A stretch of DNA of 64,000 nt from Pseudomonadota bacterium (GTDB taxonomy: Bacteria; Pseudomonadota; Gammaproteobacteria; Burkholderiales; Burkholderiaceae_C), in NCBI GenBank assembly GCA_022566735.1, contig JADFIG010000009.1, forward strand, positions 6,483 to 70,482, given 5' to 3'. The notes beneath the pieces are model-generated. The model made no database searches. It was given only the letters and a program-made list of their open reading frames with translations, and was not told the DNA's origin. Shown here piece after piece: positions 31,239 through 41,875 of the stretch. The number at the start of each line of letters is the position of its first letter. Within the stretch, counting starts at the first letter, position 1. The position numbers and the translations under genes are program-made.

Positions 31239-34217
31239 ATGAACGTCCCGCCTGAGTTTTCTTTGCCCCGCGCCCTGCAGCAAGCAGGGCAGCACGTGGC
31301 AGCCTTGTTCCATGGTCCCACTGGCGCAGCGCCGTCCATCCCTGCCAGCCACCTCCGCAACATCCTGAACACCATCCCGGACCTCGTCTGGATCAAGGAT
31401 GCCGACGGGGTCTACCTGGCCTGCAACACCAGCTTCGAACGGTTCTTCGGCGCCCCACAGGCCCAGATCGTCGGGCGGACCGACCACGATTTCGTCCCGA
31501 AAGAGCAGGCCGATTTCTTCCGCGAGAAAGACCGCGAGGCGATGGCGGCGGACGCGCCACGGGTCAACGAAGAGTGGGTCACGTTCGCCAGCGATGGCCA
31601 CCGCGCCTTGCTCGAAACCATCAAGGCGCCGATGCGGGACGCCGAAGGCCGCCTGGTCGGCGTCGTGGGCGTGGCGCGCGACATCACCGAGCGCAAGCGC
31701 ATCGAAGAAGCGCTGCACGACAGCGAGCAGAACTACCGTGAGCTCTCGGAGTGCGCGCCGATCGGGATCTTCCAGCGCAAGCTCAGTGGCGAGTACACCT
31801 ACTGCAACGCCTACCAGGTGCAGCAGTTCGAGTGCGCCAGCCGCGAGGAATTCCTCGCCCTCTACAACCCGGCGCACCTGCGCTGGGCCGACCCCGAAGC
31901 GTTGGCCGAGTTCAACGCCCGCCTGGAGCGAGAAGGCGTGGTGCGGGGCTTCCCGACGAGCGTGCGCCTGCACAACAGCAAGACGAAATGGTTCTCTCTG
32001 TACGCCACCCTCGACCGGCCCCAGATGCTGGTCAACGGCTTCGCGCTCGACATCACCGAGCAGAAGCAGGCCGAGGAGGCGCTCAAGACCAGCGAAGAGA
32101 ACTACCGCAACATCATCAACCGGGCCATGGAGGGCTTCTATCAGGTCTCGCCGCAAGGACGCAGCCTGCTGGCCAACCCGACCATGGTCGCGATGCTGGG
32201 CTATGACTCCTCCGAGCAGATGGGCCGGGAGCTGACCGACATGGGGCGCCAGCTCTGGGTGCGCCAGGAAGAGCGTGAGCGCTACGCCCGCATCCTCGAC
32301 GAGCACGGCGAAGTCCGCGGCTTCGAGACCGAGCTGCGGCGCCGGGATGGCCGGCGCATCTGGGTGTCGCTCAACGCGCGCAACGTCCGCGACGCGCACG
32401 GCCAGCCCCAGTACTTCGAAGGCTTCCTGCTCGACATCACCGAGCGCAAACTGGCCGAAGACGCCCTGCGGGCCAGCGAAGAGAACTACCGCAACATCTT
32501 CAACCGCTCGATGGAGGGCTTCCACCGCATCGCCATGGACGGCACGCCCCTGCTGGTCAACGCCCGGCTCCTGCAGATCATGGGCTACGACAGCTTCGAG
32601 CAACTGGTCAGCGAGTTGCGCGAGACCGGCCGCAGCGTCTGGGTGAACCCGCAAGAGCGCCAGCGCTACCACGCTGCCTTGCTGCGGGATGGCGAGGTCC
32701 ATGGCTTCGAGGCCCTGCACCGCCGCCGCGACGGCCAGGAAATCTGGGTGATGCTCAACAGCGTGCTGGTGAGGGACGAACACGGCCAGCCGCTGTACCG
32801 GGAGGGCTTCACCCTGGACATCACCACGCGCAAGCAGTCGGAAGATGCCCTGGAGCGCGCCGCCAACATCGACTCGCTCAGCGGCCTGCACAACCGCCAC
32901 GCCCTGGACCGCTGCCTGCCCGAGGCCCTGGCCAAGGCACAGGCGCAGGGCCTGGAGTGCAGCCTGCTGTTCCTCGACCTGGACCACTTCAAGCGCATCA
33001 ACGACTCGCTGGGCCACTCCGCAGGCGACCAGTTGCTCGTCATGGCCGCCCAGCGGCTTCAGGCCCTGGTGGGACCGAACGATTTCCTGGCCCGCTTTGG
33101 CGGCGACGAGTTCGTCATCCTCCAGCCTGACCAGGCGCCGGGCACCGGTGCCACCCACGCGCTCAAGCTGGCGCACAGCATCATCGCCGACTTCGCCGAG
33201 GCCTTCCACTTGGGCCAGAACACCGCCTCGCCCTTCTCGCTGTTCGTGACGCCCAGCATCGGCATCGCGCTGAGCGCCTCCGACGGGCTGGACGCGGAAA
33301 CGCTGGTCAAGAACGCCGACATCGCCATGTACGCGGCCAAGGCGGCCGGCCGCAACGAGGCCCGCTTCTTCGACCGGGCCATGGAGGACGCGTCGCGCAA
33401 CGCCATCCTGATCGAAGACGCCCTGCACCACGCCATCCGCAACCGCGAGTTCAGGCTGGTGTACCAGCCCATCGTGCCCGCAGACGGCGGACAGCTGCAC
33501 AAGGTGGAGGCCCTGATCCGCTGGGAGAGCCCGACGCTGGGCTTCGTGCCGCCGGACCGCTTCATCGCGGTGGCCGAGGAAAGCGGGCTGATCGTCGAAA
33601 TCGGCACCTGGGTGCTGCAGGAGGCCTGCCGCCAGGCCAGCCTGTGGAACGCCAGCGCCGTCGGCCCCATCTGCATCAGCGTGAACGTGTCGGCCTGGCA
33701 ACTGGTGGACAGCGACTTCCTGCGCGTGCTGGCCGATGCCATCGCCAGCAACGGCATCCGCGGGGGGCAGATCGAGCTGGAGCTCACCGAGCGCGTGCTG
33801 ATCGAGGAAGGCGACCAGGTGCGCAAGGTGCTGGCGGCCGTGCACGACCTGGGCGTGAGCATCTCGCTGGACGATTTCGGGACGGGTTACTCGTCCCTGA
33901 ACTACCTGACCAGCTTCCACATCGACACGCTGAAGATCGACCGGAGCTTCATCACGCGCATCGAAACCAGCCAGCGCGACAGCACCCTGGTGCGGGCCAT
34001 CGTCGCCCTGGGGCACAGCCTGGGCTTGCAGATGGTGGCCGAGGGCGTCGAGACGCAGGGCCAGGCCGACATCCTGACCCAGCTGGGTTGCCAGCGCCTG
34101 CAGGGCTACCTGTTCTCGCGCCCGGTGCCGGCGCAGCAGATCACGCCGGACATGCTGGGCCCGTCGCAGCCCTGGCGTGCCGGAGAGGCGGGCGCCGCCC
34201 CAAGGGCCACCGCCTGA
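31239..34217 (+). CDS. Cytoplasmic 4xPAS-GGDEF-EAL protein
   Basis: Four PAS/PAC modules ending DITE/DITT, ARFGGDEF, VEALIRW, DDFGTGYSSL, AEGVET. Confidence 0.95.
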   Translation: MNVPPEFSLPRALQQAGQHVAALFHGPTGAAPSIPASHLRNILNTIPDLVWIKDADGVYLACNTSFERFFGAPQAQIVGRTDHDFVPKEQADFFREKDREAMAADAPRVNEEWVTFASDGHRALLETIKAPMRDAEGRLVGVVGVARDITERKRIEEALHDSEQNYRELSECAPIGIFQRKLSGEYTYCNAYQVQQFECASREEFLALYNPAHLRWADPEALAEFNARLEREGVVRGFPTSVRLHNSKTKWFSLYATLDRPQMLVNGFALDITEQKQAEEALKTSEENYRNIINRAMEGFYQVSPQGRSLLANPTMVAMLGYDSSEQMGRELTDMGRQLWVRQEERERYARILDEHGEVRGFETELRRRDGRRIWVSLNARNVRDAHGQPQYFEGFLLDITERKLAEDALRASEENYRNIFNRSMEGFHRIAMDGTPLLVNARLLQIMGYDSFEQLVSELRETGRSVWVNPQERQRYHAALLRDGEVHGFEALHRRRDGQEIWVMLNSVLVRDEHGQPLYREGFTLDITTRKQSEDALERAANIDSLSGLHNRHALDRCLPEALAKAQAQGLECSLLFLDLDHFKRINDSLGHSAGDQLLVMAAQRLQALVGPNDFLARFGGDEFVILQPDQAPGTGATHALKLAHSIIADFAEAFHLGQNTASPFSLFVTPSIGIALSASDGLDAETLVKNADIAMYAAKAAGRNEARFFDRAMEDASRNAILIEDALHHAIRNREFRLVYQPIVPADGGQLHKVEALIRWESPTLGFVPPDRFIAVAEESGLIVEIGTWVLQEACRQASLWNASAVGPICISVNVSAWQLVDSDFLRVLADAIASNGIRGGQIELELTERVLIEEGDQVRKVLAAVHDLGVSISLDDFGTGYSSLNYLTSFHIDTLKIDRSFITRIETSQRDSTLVRAIVALGHSLGLQMVAEGVETQGQADILTQLGCQRLQGYLFSRPVPAQQITPDMLGPSQPWRAGEAGAAPRATA

Positions 34218-34223
34218 GCCGCC

Positions 34224-35762
34224 TCACTCCATCCCTGCCGGCACCACCGTCCACTGCTGGCGCACATCGCCCTGGCCGTTGACGCTTTCCATGTGCACCG
34301 GGAAGCCCCACAGCCGCGCCACGTGCTTGAGCACCTCGCGGGTGGCATCGTGCAGCGGGCGGTCGTTGTGCTGGGTGTGGCGCAGGGTCAGCGAACGGTC
34401 GCCGCGCAGGTTCACGCTCCAGACCTGGATGTTGGGCTCGCGGCTGCCCAGGTCGTACTGGCGTGACAGCGCCTCGCGCAGCACCCGGTAGCCCGCCTCG
34501 TCGTGGATGGCGCTGACCTCGTAGGTGCTTTCCTTCTCGTCGTCGCGGATGGCAAAGAGGTGGAAGTCGCGCATCACCTTCGGGCTCAGGAACTGGCCGA
34601 TGAAGCTCTCGTCCTTGAAGTTGCGCATGGCGTAGTCGAGCGTCTTCAGCCAGGCGAACGCCTCCTTGGGCTGACCTTCGGCGGAGCCCGCGAAGTCGGG
34701 GAACCAGAGGCGGTCTTCCGGCGTCGGCTTCTCGCAGATGCGCTTGAGGTCCGTGTACATCGCAAAGCCCAGCGCATACGGGTTGAGCCCGCTGTAGGCG
34801 CGGTGCCCCACCGGCGGCTGGTAGACCACGTTGGTGTGCGACTGCAGCCACTCGATCATGATGCCGTCGCTCAGGTGGCCGTCGTCGTACATCGTGTTGA
34901 GCAGGGTGTAGTGCCAGAACGTGGCCCAGCCCTCGTTCATGACCTGGGTCTGGCGCTGCGGGTAGAAGTACTGCGCCACCTTGCGCACGATGCGCACGAT
35001 CTCGCGCTGCCAGGGCTCCAGCAGCGGCGCGTTCTTCTCGATGAAGTAGAGGATGTTTTCCTGCGGCTCGGAGGGGAAGCGGCGCACGGCCTCTTCTTCC
35101 GGCCGGTCGGCACGGCGCGGCAGGGTGCGCCACAGGTCGTTGACCTGCTGCTGCAGGTAGGCTTCGCGCTCCTCGCGGCGGGCCAGTTCCTTGTCGAGCG
35201 AGAGCTTGCCGGGCCGGCGGTAGCGGTCCACGCCGTGGTTCATCAGGGCATGGCAGCTGTCGAGCAACTCCTCCACCGCGTCGATGCCATGGCGCTCCTC
35301 GCAGCGCGCCACGTAGTTCTTCGCATAGACCAGGTAGTCGATGATGGAGCCCGCATCCGTCCACATCCGGAACAGGTAGTTGCCCTTGAAGAAGCTGTTG
35401 TGGCCGTAGGCCGCGTGCGCGATGACGAGCGCCTGCATCGCCATCGTGTTCTCCTCCATCAGGTAGCTGATGCAGGGGTTGGAGTTGATGACGATCTCGT
35501 AGGCCAGGCCCATGAAGCCACGGCGGTAGTTCTTCTCCGTGGCGATGAACTCCTTGCCGTAGGACCAGTGCCGGTAGTTCACCGGCATGCCCACGCTGGC
35601 GTAGGCGTCCATCATCTGCTCGGCGGTGATGATCTCCAGCTGGTTGGGGTAGGTGTCCAGGTGGTAGCGCTCGGCCGTGGCGCGGATGACGTCGTGGTAC
35701 TGCTCGATGAGCTCGAACGACCAGTCGGACGGGCCGGGCAGCGGGTGCTCTGCTCTCCTCAT
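34224..35762 (-). CDS. ycgB: SpoVR/YcgB family protein
   Basis: GMPVNYRHWSYGK, AHAAYGHNSFFK, TQVMNEGWATFWH; overlaps the yeaH stop. Confidence 0.95.
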   Translation of the reverse strand: MRRAEHPLPGPSDWSFELIEQYHDVIRATAERYHLDTYPNQLEIITAEQMMDAYASVGMPVNYRHWSYGKEFIATEKNYRRGFMGLAYEIVINSNPCISYLMEENTMAMQALVIAHAAYGHNSFFKGNYLFRMWTDAGSIIDYLVYAKNYVARCEERHGIDAVEELLDSCHALMNHGVDRYRRPGKLSLDKELARREEREAYLQQQVNDLWRTLPRRADRPEEEAVRRFPSEPQENILYFIEKNAPLLEPWQREIVRIVRKVAQYFYPQRQTQVMNEGWATFWHYTLLNTMYDDGHLSDGIMIEWLQSHTNVVYQPPVGHRAYSGLNPYALGFAMYTDLKRICEKPTPEDRLWFPDFAGSAEGQPKEAFAWLKTLDYAMRNFKDESFIGQFLSPKVMRDFHLFAIRDDEKESTYEVSAIHDEAGYRVLREALSRQYDLGSREPNIQVWSVNLRGDRSLTLRHTQHNDRPLHDATREVLKHVARLWGFPVHMESVNGQGDVRQQWTVVPAGME

Positions 35763-37060
35763 GCCTCCACTCCTTCCTTCTTGAACAGCTCGCGGAAGAC
35801 GGGGTAGATCTGCGAAGGCTCCAGCACCTTGCGCATGGCGAAGTGCTTGTGCCGCTCGGCCAGTGCGAGGTACTCGTCCCAGAGGTTCTGTTCGGTCTGC
35901 GCGACCTGCACATAGGCGTAGTAGCGCACCAGCGGCAGGATCTTGTCTTCCAGGATCTCGCGGCAGCGGCTGGAGTCGTGGTGCCAGTTGTCGCCGTCCG
36001 AGGCCTGCGCCACGTACAGGTTCCACTCGCTGGTGGGGTAGCGCGCCCGGATGACTTCGTCGAGCAGCACCAGCGCGCTGGACACCACGGTGCCGCCGGT
36101 CTCGGTGGCGTGGAAGAACTCGTCTTCCGTGACCTCCTGCGCCTGCGTGTGGTGGCGGATGAAGACCAGCTCGATCTTGTCGTAGTGCCGCGTCAGGAAC
36201 AGGTAGAGCAGGATGAAAAAGCGCTTTGACAGCTCCTTGCGCTGTTCGTCCATCGAGCCGGAAACGTCCATCACGCAGAACATCACGGCCTTGGTGGTCG
36301 GCACCGGCACCTTGACGCGGCTGCGGAAGCGCAGGTCGATCGGGTCGAGGAAGGGGATGCCGGCCATGCGGCCTTGCAGGTGCCTCAGCTGGGCTTCGAT
36401 CTCCTCGATCTCGGCGGCGTGCTTGCGCACCAGGGCGTCGTCGCCCGCCTCCTGCTCGGCGCGCAGCGTGGCCAGGCGGGCCTCCAGCGCCTGGATCTCG
36501 CGGCGGCTCGACGCGCCCAGTGCGATGCGCCGCCCCAGCGCGCCGCGCATGGAGCGCACCACGTGCAGGTTGTTGGGCGTGCCGTCGCTGCTGAACCCCG
36601 CGCGGTGGCTCTTCCACTCCGGCACCTCGGCCAGGGCCGTGCGCACCAGGTTGGGCAGGGCTAGGTCCTCGAAGAAGACCTGCATGAACTCTTCCTTGCT
36701 CAGGGAGAAGACGAAGTCGTCCTCGCCCTCGCCCGAGTCGCTGGCCTGGCCGCCGCCCCCGCCCTGCCCTTGCCCGCCTTGCGGCTTGTCGATGCGGTCG
36801 CCGCGCACGTACTCCTTGTTGCCCGGGTGCACGACCTCGCGGCTGCCGCCCTGGCCATGGCCGAACACCGGCTCGGACAAATCGCGCTTGGGGATGGCGA
36901 TGTCCTCGCCCTTCTCGATGTCACGGATGCTGCGGCCGTTGATGGCGCGCTGCACGGCCTCACGCACCTGGTCCTTGTAGCGACGCAGGAAGCGCTCGCG
37001 GTTGCCGATCGATTTGTTCTTCCCCGCGAGCCGTCGGTCGATGATGTGTTGACGTGTCAT
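35759..37060 (-). CDS. yeaH: YeaH/YhbH family (vWA-like) protein
   Basis: IIDRRLAGKNKSIGNRERFL, MDVSGSM, QASDGDNW. Confidence 0.95.
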   Translation of the reverse strand: MTRQHIIDRRLAGKNKSIGNRERFLRRYKDQVREAVQRAINGRSIRDIEKGEDIAIPKRDLSEPVFGHGQGGSREVVHPGNKEYVRGDRIDKPQGGQGQGGGGGQASDSGEGEDDFVFSLSKEEFMQVFFEDLALPNLVRTALAEVPEWKSHRAGFSSDGTPNNLHVVRSMRGALGRRIALGASSRREIQALEARLATLRAEQEAGDDALVRKHAAEIEEIEAQLRHLQGRMAGIPFLDPIDLRFRSRVKVPVPTTKAVMFCVMDVSGSMDEQRKELSKRFFILLYLFLTRHYDKIELVFIRHHTQAQEVTEDEFFHATETGGTVVSSALVLLDEVIRARYPTSEWNLYVAQASDGDNWHHDSSRCREILEDKILPLVRYYAYVQVAQTEQNLWDEYLALAERHKHFAMRKVLEPSQIYPVFRELFKKEGVEA

Positions 37061-37066
37061 GTGGGG

Positions 37067-38989
37067 TCATGAGCTCTTGCGGACACGCAGATACCACTCG
37101 CAGAGCAGGCGCACCTGCTTGGCCGTGTAGCCCTTCTGCACCATGCGGTTGACGAAATCCTCGTGCTTCTTGGCCTCGTCCGCGCTGGCCTTGGCGTTGA
37201 AGCTGATGACCGGCAACAGCTCTTCGGTGTTGCTGAACATCTTCTTCTCGATGACGGTGCGCAGCTTCTCGTAGCTGGTCCACAGCGGGTTCTTGCCGCC
37301 GTTGTTGGCGCGGGCCCGCAGCACGAAGTTGACGATCTCGTTGCGGAAGTCCTTGGGGTTGGCGATGCCGGCGGGCTTCTCAATCTTCTCCAGCTCGGCG
37401 TTCAGCGCGCCGCGGTCGAAGATCTCGCCCGTGTCGGTGTCGCGGTACTCCTGGTCCTGGATCCAGTAGTCGGCGTAGGTCACGTAGCGGTCGAAGATGT
37501 TCTGGCCGTACTCGGAGTAGCTCTCCAGGTAGGCCGTCTGGATCTCCTTGCCGATGAACTCGGCATAGCGCGGCGCCAGCATCTCCTTGATGTAGGCGAT
37601 GTACTTCTGCTCGGTCTCGGCCGGGAACTGCTCGCGCTCGATCTGCTGCTCCAGCACGTACATCAGGTGCACGGGGTTGGCCGCCACCTCGGCGCTGTCG
37701 AAGTTGAAGACCTTGGAGATGATCTTGAAGGCGAAGCGCGTCGAGATGCCGCTCATGCCCTCGTCCACGCCCGCGTAGTCGCGGTACTCCTGGATGGACT
37801 TGGCCTTGGGGTCGGTGTCCTTGAGGCTCTCGCCGTCGTACACCTGCATCTTGCTGTAGATGCTGGAGTTCTCGGGCTCCTTCAGGCGCGTGAGGATGGC
37901 GAACTGGCTCATCATCTTCAGCGTGCCCGGGGCGCAGGGCGCCTGGTTCAGCGACGAGCCGCGCACCAGCTTCTCGTAGATCTTGATTTCTTCCGAGACA
38001 CGCAGGCAGTACGGCACCTTGACGATGTAGATGCGGTCGAGGAAGGCCTCGTTGTTCTTGTTGTTGCGGAAGGCCTTCCACTCGCTTTCGTTGGAGTGGG
38101 CCAGCACCACGCCGTCGAACGGGATGGCACCGAAGCCTTCCGTGCCCTTGAAGTTGCCTTCCTGCGTGGCCGTCAGCAGCGGGTGCAGCACCTTGATGGG
38201 CGCCTTGAACATTTCCACGAACTCCAGCAGGCCCTGGTTGGCCAGGCACAGGCCGCCCGAGTAGCTGTAGGCGTCGGGGTCGTCCTGCGCGTAGGTTTCG
38301 AGCTTGCGGATGTCGACCTTGCCGACCAGGGCGCTGATGTCCTGGTTGTTCTCGTCGCCCGGCTCGGTCTTGGCGATGCCCACCTGCTTGAGGATGCTGG
38401 GGTAGCGCTTGACCACCTTGAACTGACGGATGTCACCGCCGAATTCTTCGAGGCGCTTGACGGCCCAGGGGCTGAGGATGCGCTGCAGGTAGCGGCGCGG
38501 GATGCCGTACTCCTTCTCCAGGATCGGGCCGTCTTCCGTCGGGTCGAACAGGCCCAGCGGCGACTCGTTCACCGGCGAGCCCTTGATGGCGTAGAAGGGC
38601 ACTTTCTCGGCCAGCTGCTTGAGGCGCTCGGCGATGGAGGACTTGCCACCGCCCACCGGGCCCAGCAGGTAGAGGATCTGCTTCTTTTCTTCCAGGCCTT
38701 GCGCGGCATGGCGGAAGTAGCTCACCACCTGCTCGATGGCGTCTTCCATGCCATAGAACTCTTCGAAGGCCGGGTAGAGCTTGATGACCTTGTTCGTGAA
38801 GATGCGCGACAGGCGGGGGTCGTTGCGCGTGTCGATCATCTGCGGCTCACCGATGGCCAGCAGCATGCGCTCGGCGGCGGTGGCGAACGCGGTCTTGTCG
38901 CGCTTGCAGATGTCGAGGTATTCCTCGAGGGTGTATTCCTCTTCGCGAGTGCGCTCGTAGCGGGCGGCGAAGTTGCTGATCACATCCAT
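37067..38989 (-). CDS. yeaG: PrkA/YeaG family AAA+ serine protein kinase
   Basis: LLGPVGGGKSS, EPGDENNQDIS, EFVEMFKAPIK; GGAGG RBS. Confidence 0.97.
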   Translation of the reverse strand: MDVISNFAARYERTREEEYTLEEYLDICKRDKTAFATAAERMLLAIGEPQMIDTRNDPRLSRIFTNKVIKLYPAFEEFYGMEDAIEQVVSYFRHAAQGLEEKKQILYLLGPVGGGKSSIAERLKQLAEKVPFYAIKGSPVNESPLGLFDPTEDGPILEKEYGIPRRYLQRILSPWAVKRLEEFGGDIRQFKVVKRYPSILKQVGIAKTEPGDENNQDISALVGKVDIRKLETYAQDDPDAYSYSGGLCLANQGLLEFVEMFKAPIKVLHPLLTATQEGNFKGTEGFGAIPFDGVVLAHSNESEWKAFRNNKNNEAFLDRIYIVKVPYCLRVSEEIKIYEKLVRGSSLNQAPCAPGTLKMMSQFAILTRLKEPENSSIYSKMQVYDGESLKDTDPKAKSIQEYRDYAGVDEGMSGISTRFAFKIISKVFNFDSAEVAANPVHLMYVLEQQIEREQFPAETEQKYIAYIKEMLAPRYAEFIGKEIQTAYLESYSEYGQNIFDRYVTYADYWIQDQEYRDTDTGEIFDRGALNAELEKIEKPAGIANPKDFRNEIVNFVLRARANNGGKNPLWTSYEKLRTVIEKKMFSNTEELLPVISFNAKASADEAKKHEDFVNRMVQKGYTAKQVRLLCEWYLRVRKSS

Positions 38990-39216
38990 GCTGACCTCCA
39001 AGTCATTGACCTGTCCATCCATGCCTGGTGATCTGCCGGCCTACCCGTCTGGTGAACCCGGCGCGACCACACAAGCATCGCCTTCACACCAAAGATCAAG
39101 GAATTCGCCTCACACCGATGAGCCAAGGAACTTGCCTTTCACCCACCAGTTGACGCGACCCGTTGCCCTTATCTTGCACCTTTTTTCGCAAGTGCGTGCG
39201 ACACGTTCACAACAAT

Positions 39217-41757
39217 TCAGATGTTGGAGGTGGCCCGCACTTCTTCCATGCTCGTCAACCCTGTCAACACCTTTTCGATGCCGTCCTGTCGCAGTGTCCT
39301 CATGCCCTCACGCAAGGCCTGTGCCTGAAGCTCATCGGGGCTGGCGCCGGTCTGGATGAGGCGGCGGATCTCGGCGTTGACCACCATCAATTCATGGATG
39401 CCGACGCGGGCCTTGAAGCCCGTCTGGTTGCAGTGGGTGCAGCCCGGGCTGTGGTGATGCTGCAGCGCGCCATCCACGGCGAAGCGCTGCGTCCATTCGG
39501 CACGCAGGCTGTCGCGGCTGATGCCCATCTGCTCGGGCGAACACACGTGCAGGTACTCGTCCAGCCAGCCCTGCACCTCGGCCTCGGTGGCGGGTCGGCT
39601 TTCCTTGCAGGCAGGGCACAGGCGGCGCACCAGGCGCTGGGCCAGCACCACCAGCAGCGAGTCGGCGAAGCTGAAGGGGTCCATGCCCATGTCGAGCAGG
39701 CGGGTGACGGTTTCGGGTGCGCTGTTGGTGTGCAGCGTGGACAGCACGAGGTGGCCGGTGAGCGCGGCCTCGATGGCCGTGCGCGAGGTCTCGGTGTCGC
39801 GCATTTCACCGACCATGATGACGTCCGGGTCGGCGCGCAAGAGCGCACGCAAGGCCTTGGCGAAGGTCCAGTCGATCTTGGGGTTGACCTGCACCTGGCG
39901 CAGCCCCGGCTGGGTGATTTCCACCGGGTCTTCGGCCGTCCAGATCTTGCGCTCGGGCACGTTGATGAAGCTCAGCGCCGAGTGCAGCGTGGTGGTCTTG
40001 CCCGAGCCGGTGGGGCCCACGCACAGGACCATGCCGTAGGGCCGCTCCATGGCCTGCTGGAAGCGCGCCAGGTTGGACGGGCTCAGGCCGATCTTGTCCA
40101 GCGGCATCGGCCGCGCCGAACTCAGCAAGCGCATCACCACGTCTTCCAGGCCGTTGTTGGTGGGGATGGTGGCCACGCGCAGCTCGATGCGCAGGTGCGG
40201 CATGAAGCGCGCGAAATTGATCTTGCCGTCCTGCGGCTTGCGCTTCTCGGAGATGTCGAGGTCGCACATGATCTTGATGCGCGCGATGATGGCGCTGCGG
40301 TAGTTGTGCGGCAGCTCCAGGTAGGGCAGCAACTGGCCGTCCTTGCGGAAGCGGATCTTGACCTTGTCGCGCCCGGCGTAGCTTTCGACGTGGATGTCGG
40401 AGACGCCCTGGTGGTGGGCCTCGACGATCATGGTGTTGATCAGGCGCACCAGCGAGTTGTCGCTTTGCTCGATGGGCCGGTCGTCCTGCCCCAGGCCCAG
40501 CCCTTCCTTTTCGAGGTCCTCGACCAGGCGGTCGGCGGCGAAGGCCTCCAGCTCGGGTGCGGGGATGTCCTGGTCCAGCGAGAAGGCCACGCTCGTCACA
40601 TCGGCGCCGAGCTTGGCATAGCAGTCGCGGATGCACCACTCCAGCTGGTTCTGCGGCGCCAGCACAGGCACGACCTTGCACTGCGTGATGAACTCCAGCT
40701 CCGACAGCGCCAGGCGCTGGCTGGGGTCTTCCAGGGCGACAATGAGGGTGCCTTCGCGCAACAGCACGGGCACGGCGTGCAGGCGCGCGGCCACGGCGAA
40801 AGGCACCTTGTGCAGGGCCGAGGGGTCGATGGGGAACTTGTGCAGGTCGATCAGCGGGTAGCCCATCTTGCGGGCCAGCGCGGACAGCAGGTCGTGACGC
40901 GTGATCAGTCCCAGGCGCACCAGCAGCTCGCCCAGGGGCACGGTGCGGTCGCTTTGCTGCTGGCGCAGGGCCTCGCCCAACTGCTCTTCGGTGATCAGGG
41001 ACAGCGCGATGAGCGCCTCGCCGATGCGCACCATGGGCATGCGGCTTTGCTGCTCCAGCGCGCCCACCAGTTGCTCGGGGCTGACCACCTGCTGCGCCAG
41101 CAGGATGTCGCCCAGCTTCTGGGTGCGCAGGCTGGCCTGCACGCCCACCGCTTCCCTGACCTGCTCGGGCGTGACGGCGTCGCCATCCACCAGGGCCTGG
41201 CCGATGGGCGGGCCGAAGCGGGCGTCTTCGACGGCCTCGCGGGGCAGGAACATGCGCGAGACGGCGCCATGCTCGTCCTGCGGCGGAAACAGGAAGAGGC
41301 CGAAGGCCGTGTCGGCCCAGCCGATGGTCTGGCAGCGCACCTCGCCGCCGCCACGCAGTTGCACGACGCAGTCGGTGACGGGACGGCGCGCCAGCTCGCT
41401 GGAGAGCGCATGGGCGGACTCGGCCAGCTCAGGCCCATGCACCGGCAGCACCGGGCGCTGCAGCTGCAGGCTGCGGAATTGGTTGAAGCGCAGCGGCATG
41501 GTCGTGCGCGCCGGCGGCACCTGGACGTGGGCGACCTGCTCGTCGGGCACGAAGAAGATGAGCCGCCCGGACATGACCCGGCCGTTGAGTCCGACGATCT
41601 CGCAAGGCTCGTGGTCGTGCTGAACGGCGGCCGGCGGGTAGCTGGCGAACGGCGGCGTCGGCCAGCGGAAGCCCGCGGGTTCGGTGCCGGCGTCGTGGCT
41701 GGGGTCGTGGCCGGAGGGCTGCGACGAAGGGGTGGGCGGCTGGGAGGTGTCGGACAT
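39217..41757 (-). CDS. GspE/PilB/MshE-family ATPase with tandem MshEN c-di-GMP-binding motifs
   Basis: GPTGSGKTTT, TAEDPVE, LRADPDVIMVGEMRD, TGHLVLSTLHTN, CxxC...CxxC; four LG/IG-type MshEN motifs. Confidence 0.92.
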   Translation of the reverse strand: MSDTSQPPTPSSQPSGHDPSHDAGTEPAGFRWPTPPFASYPPAAVQHDHEPCEIVGLNGRVMSGRLIFFVPDEQVAHVQVPPARTTMPLRFNQFRSLQLQRPVLPVHGPELAESAHALSSELARRPVTDCVVQLRGGGEVRCQTIGWADTAFGLFLFPPQDEHGAVSRMFLPREAVEDARFGPPIGQALVDGDAVTPEQVREAVGVQASLRTQKLGDILLAQQVVSPEQLVGALEQQSRMPMVRIGEALIALSLITEEQLGEALRQQQSDRTVPLGELLVRLGLITRHDLLSALARKMGYPLIDLHKFPIDPSALHKVPFAVAARLHAVPVLLREGTLIVALEDPSQRLALSELEFITQCKVVPVLAPQNQLEWCIRDCYAKLGADVTSVAFSLDQDIPAPELEAFAADRLVEDLEKEGLGLGQDDRPIEQSDNSLVRLINTMIVEAHHQGVSDIHVESYAGRDKVKIRFRKDGQLLPYLELPHNYRSAIIARIKIMCDLDISEKRKPQDGKINFARFMPHLRIELRVATIPTNNGLEDVVMRLLSSARPMPLDKIGLSPSNLARFQQAMERPYGMVLCVGPTGSGKTTTLHSALSFINVPERKIWTAEDPVEITQPGLRQVQVNPKIDWTFAKALRALLRADPDVIMVGEMRDTETSRTAIEAALTGHLVLSTLHTNSAPETVTRLLDMGMDPFSFADSLLVVLAQRLVRRLCPACKESRPATEAEVQGWLDEYLHVCSPEQMGISRDSLRAEWTQRFAVDGALQHHHSPGCTHCNQTGFKARVGIHELMVVNAEIRRLIQTGASPDELQAQALREGMRTLRQDGIEKVLTGLTSMEEVRATSNI

Positions 41758-41875
41758 GGCCAGGTCGTGCGAAGCGGGCGGGGGCGCACAGGCCCCCCTG
41801 CATGCCATGCTATGAAACCTGGGCGCAGTCAATGTCCGGAATAGGGCCAGAAAACAGCGCCAGCGGCGCCGCCGC

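Noticed and set aside
34224-38989. yeaG-yeaH-ycgB as a novel system
   Set aside because: Well-known conserved operon.
39123-39191. Sigma54 promoter plus NtrC site upstream of yeaG (minus-strand AGGCAAGTTCCTTGG; TGCACC-T-run-CGCA)
   Set aside because: The -12 reads GG rather than GC, the NtrC half-site is poor, and the spacing is short for an enhancer; suggestive only.
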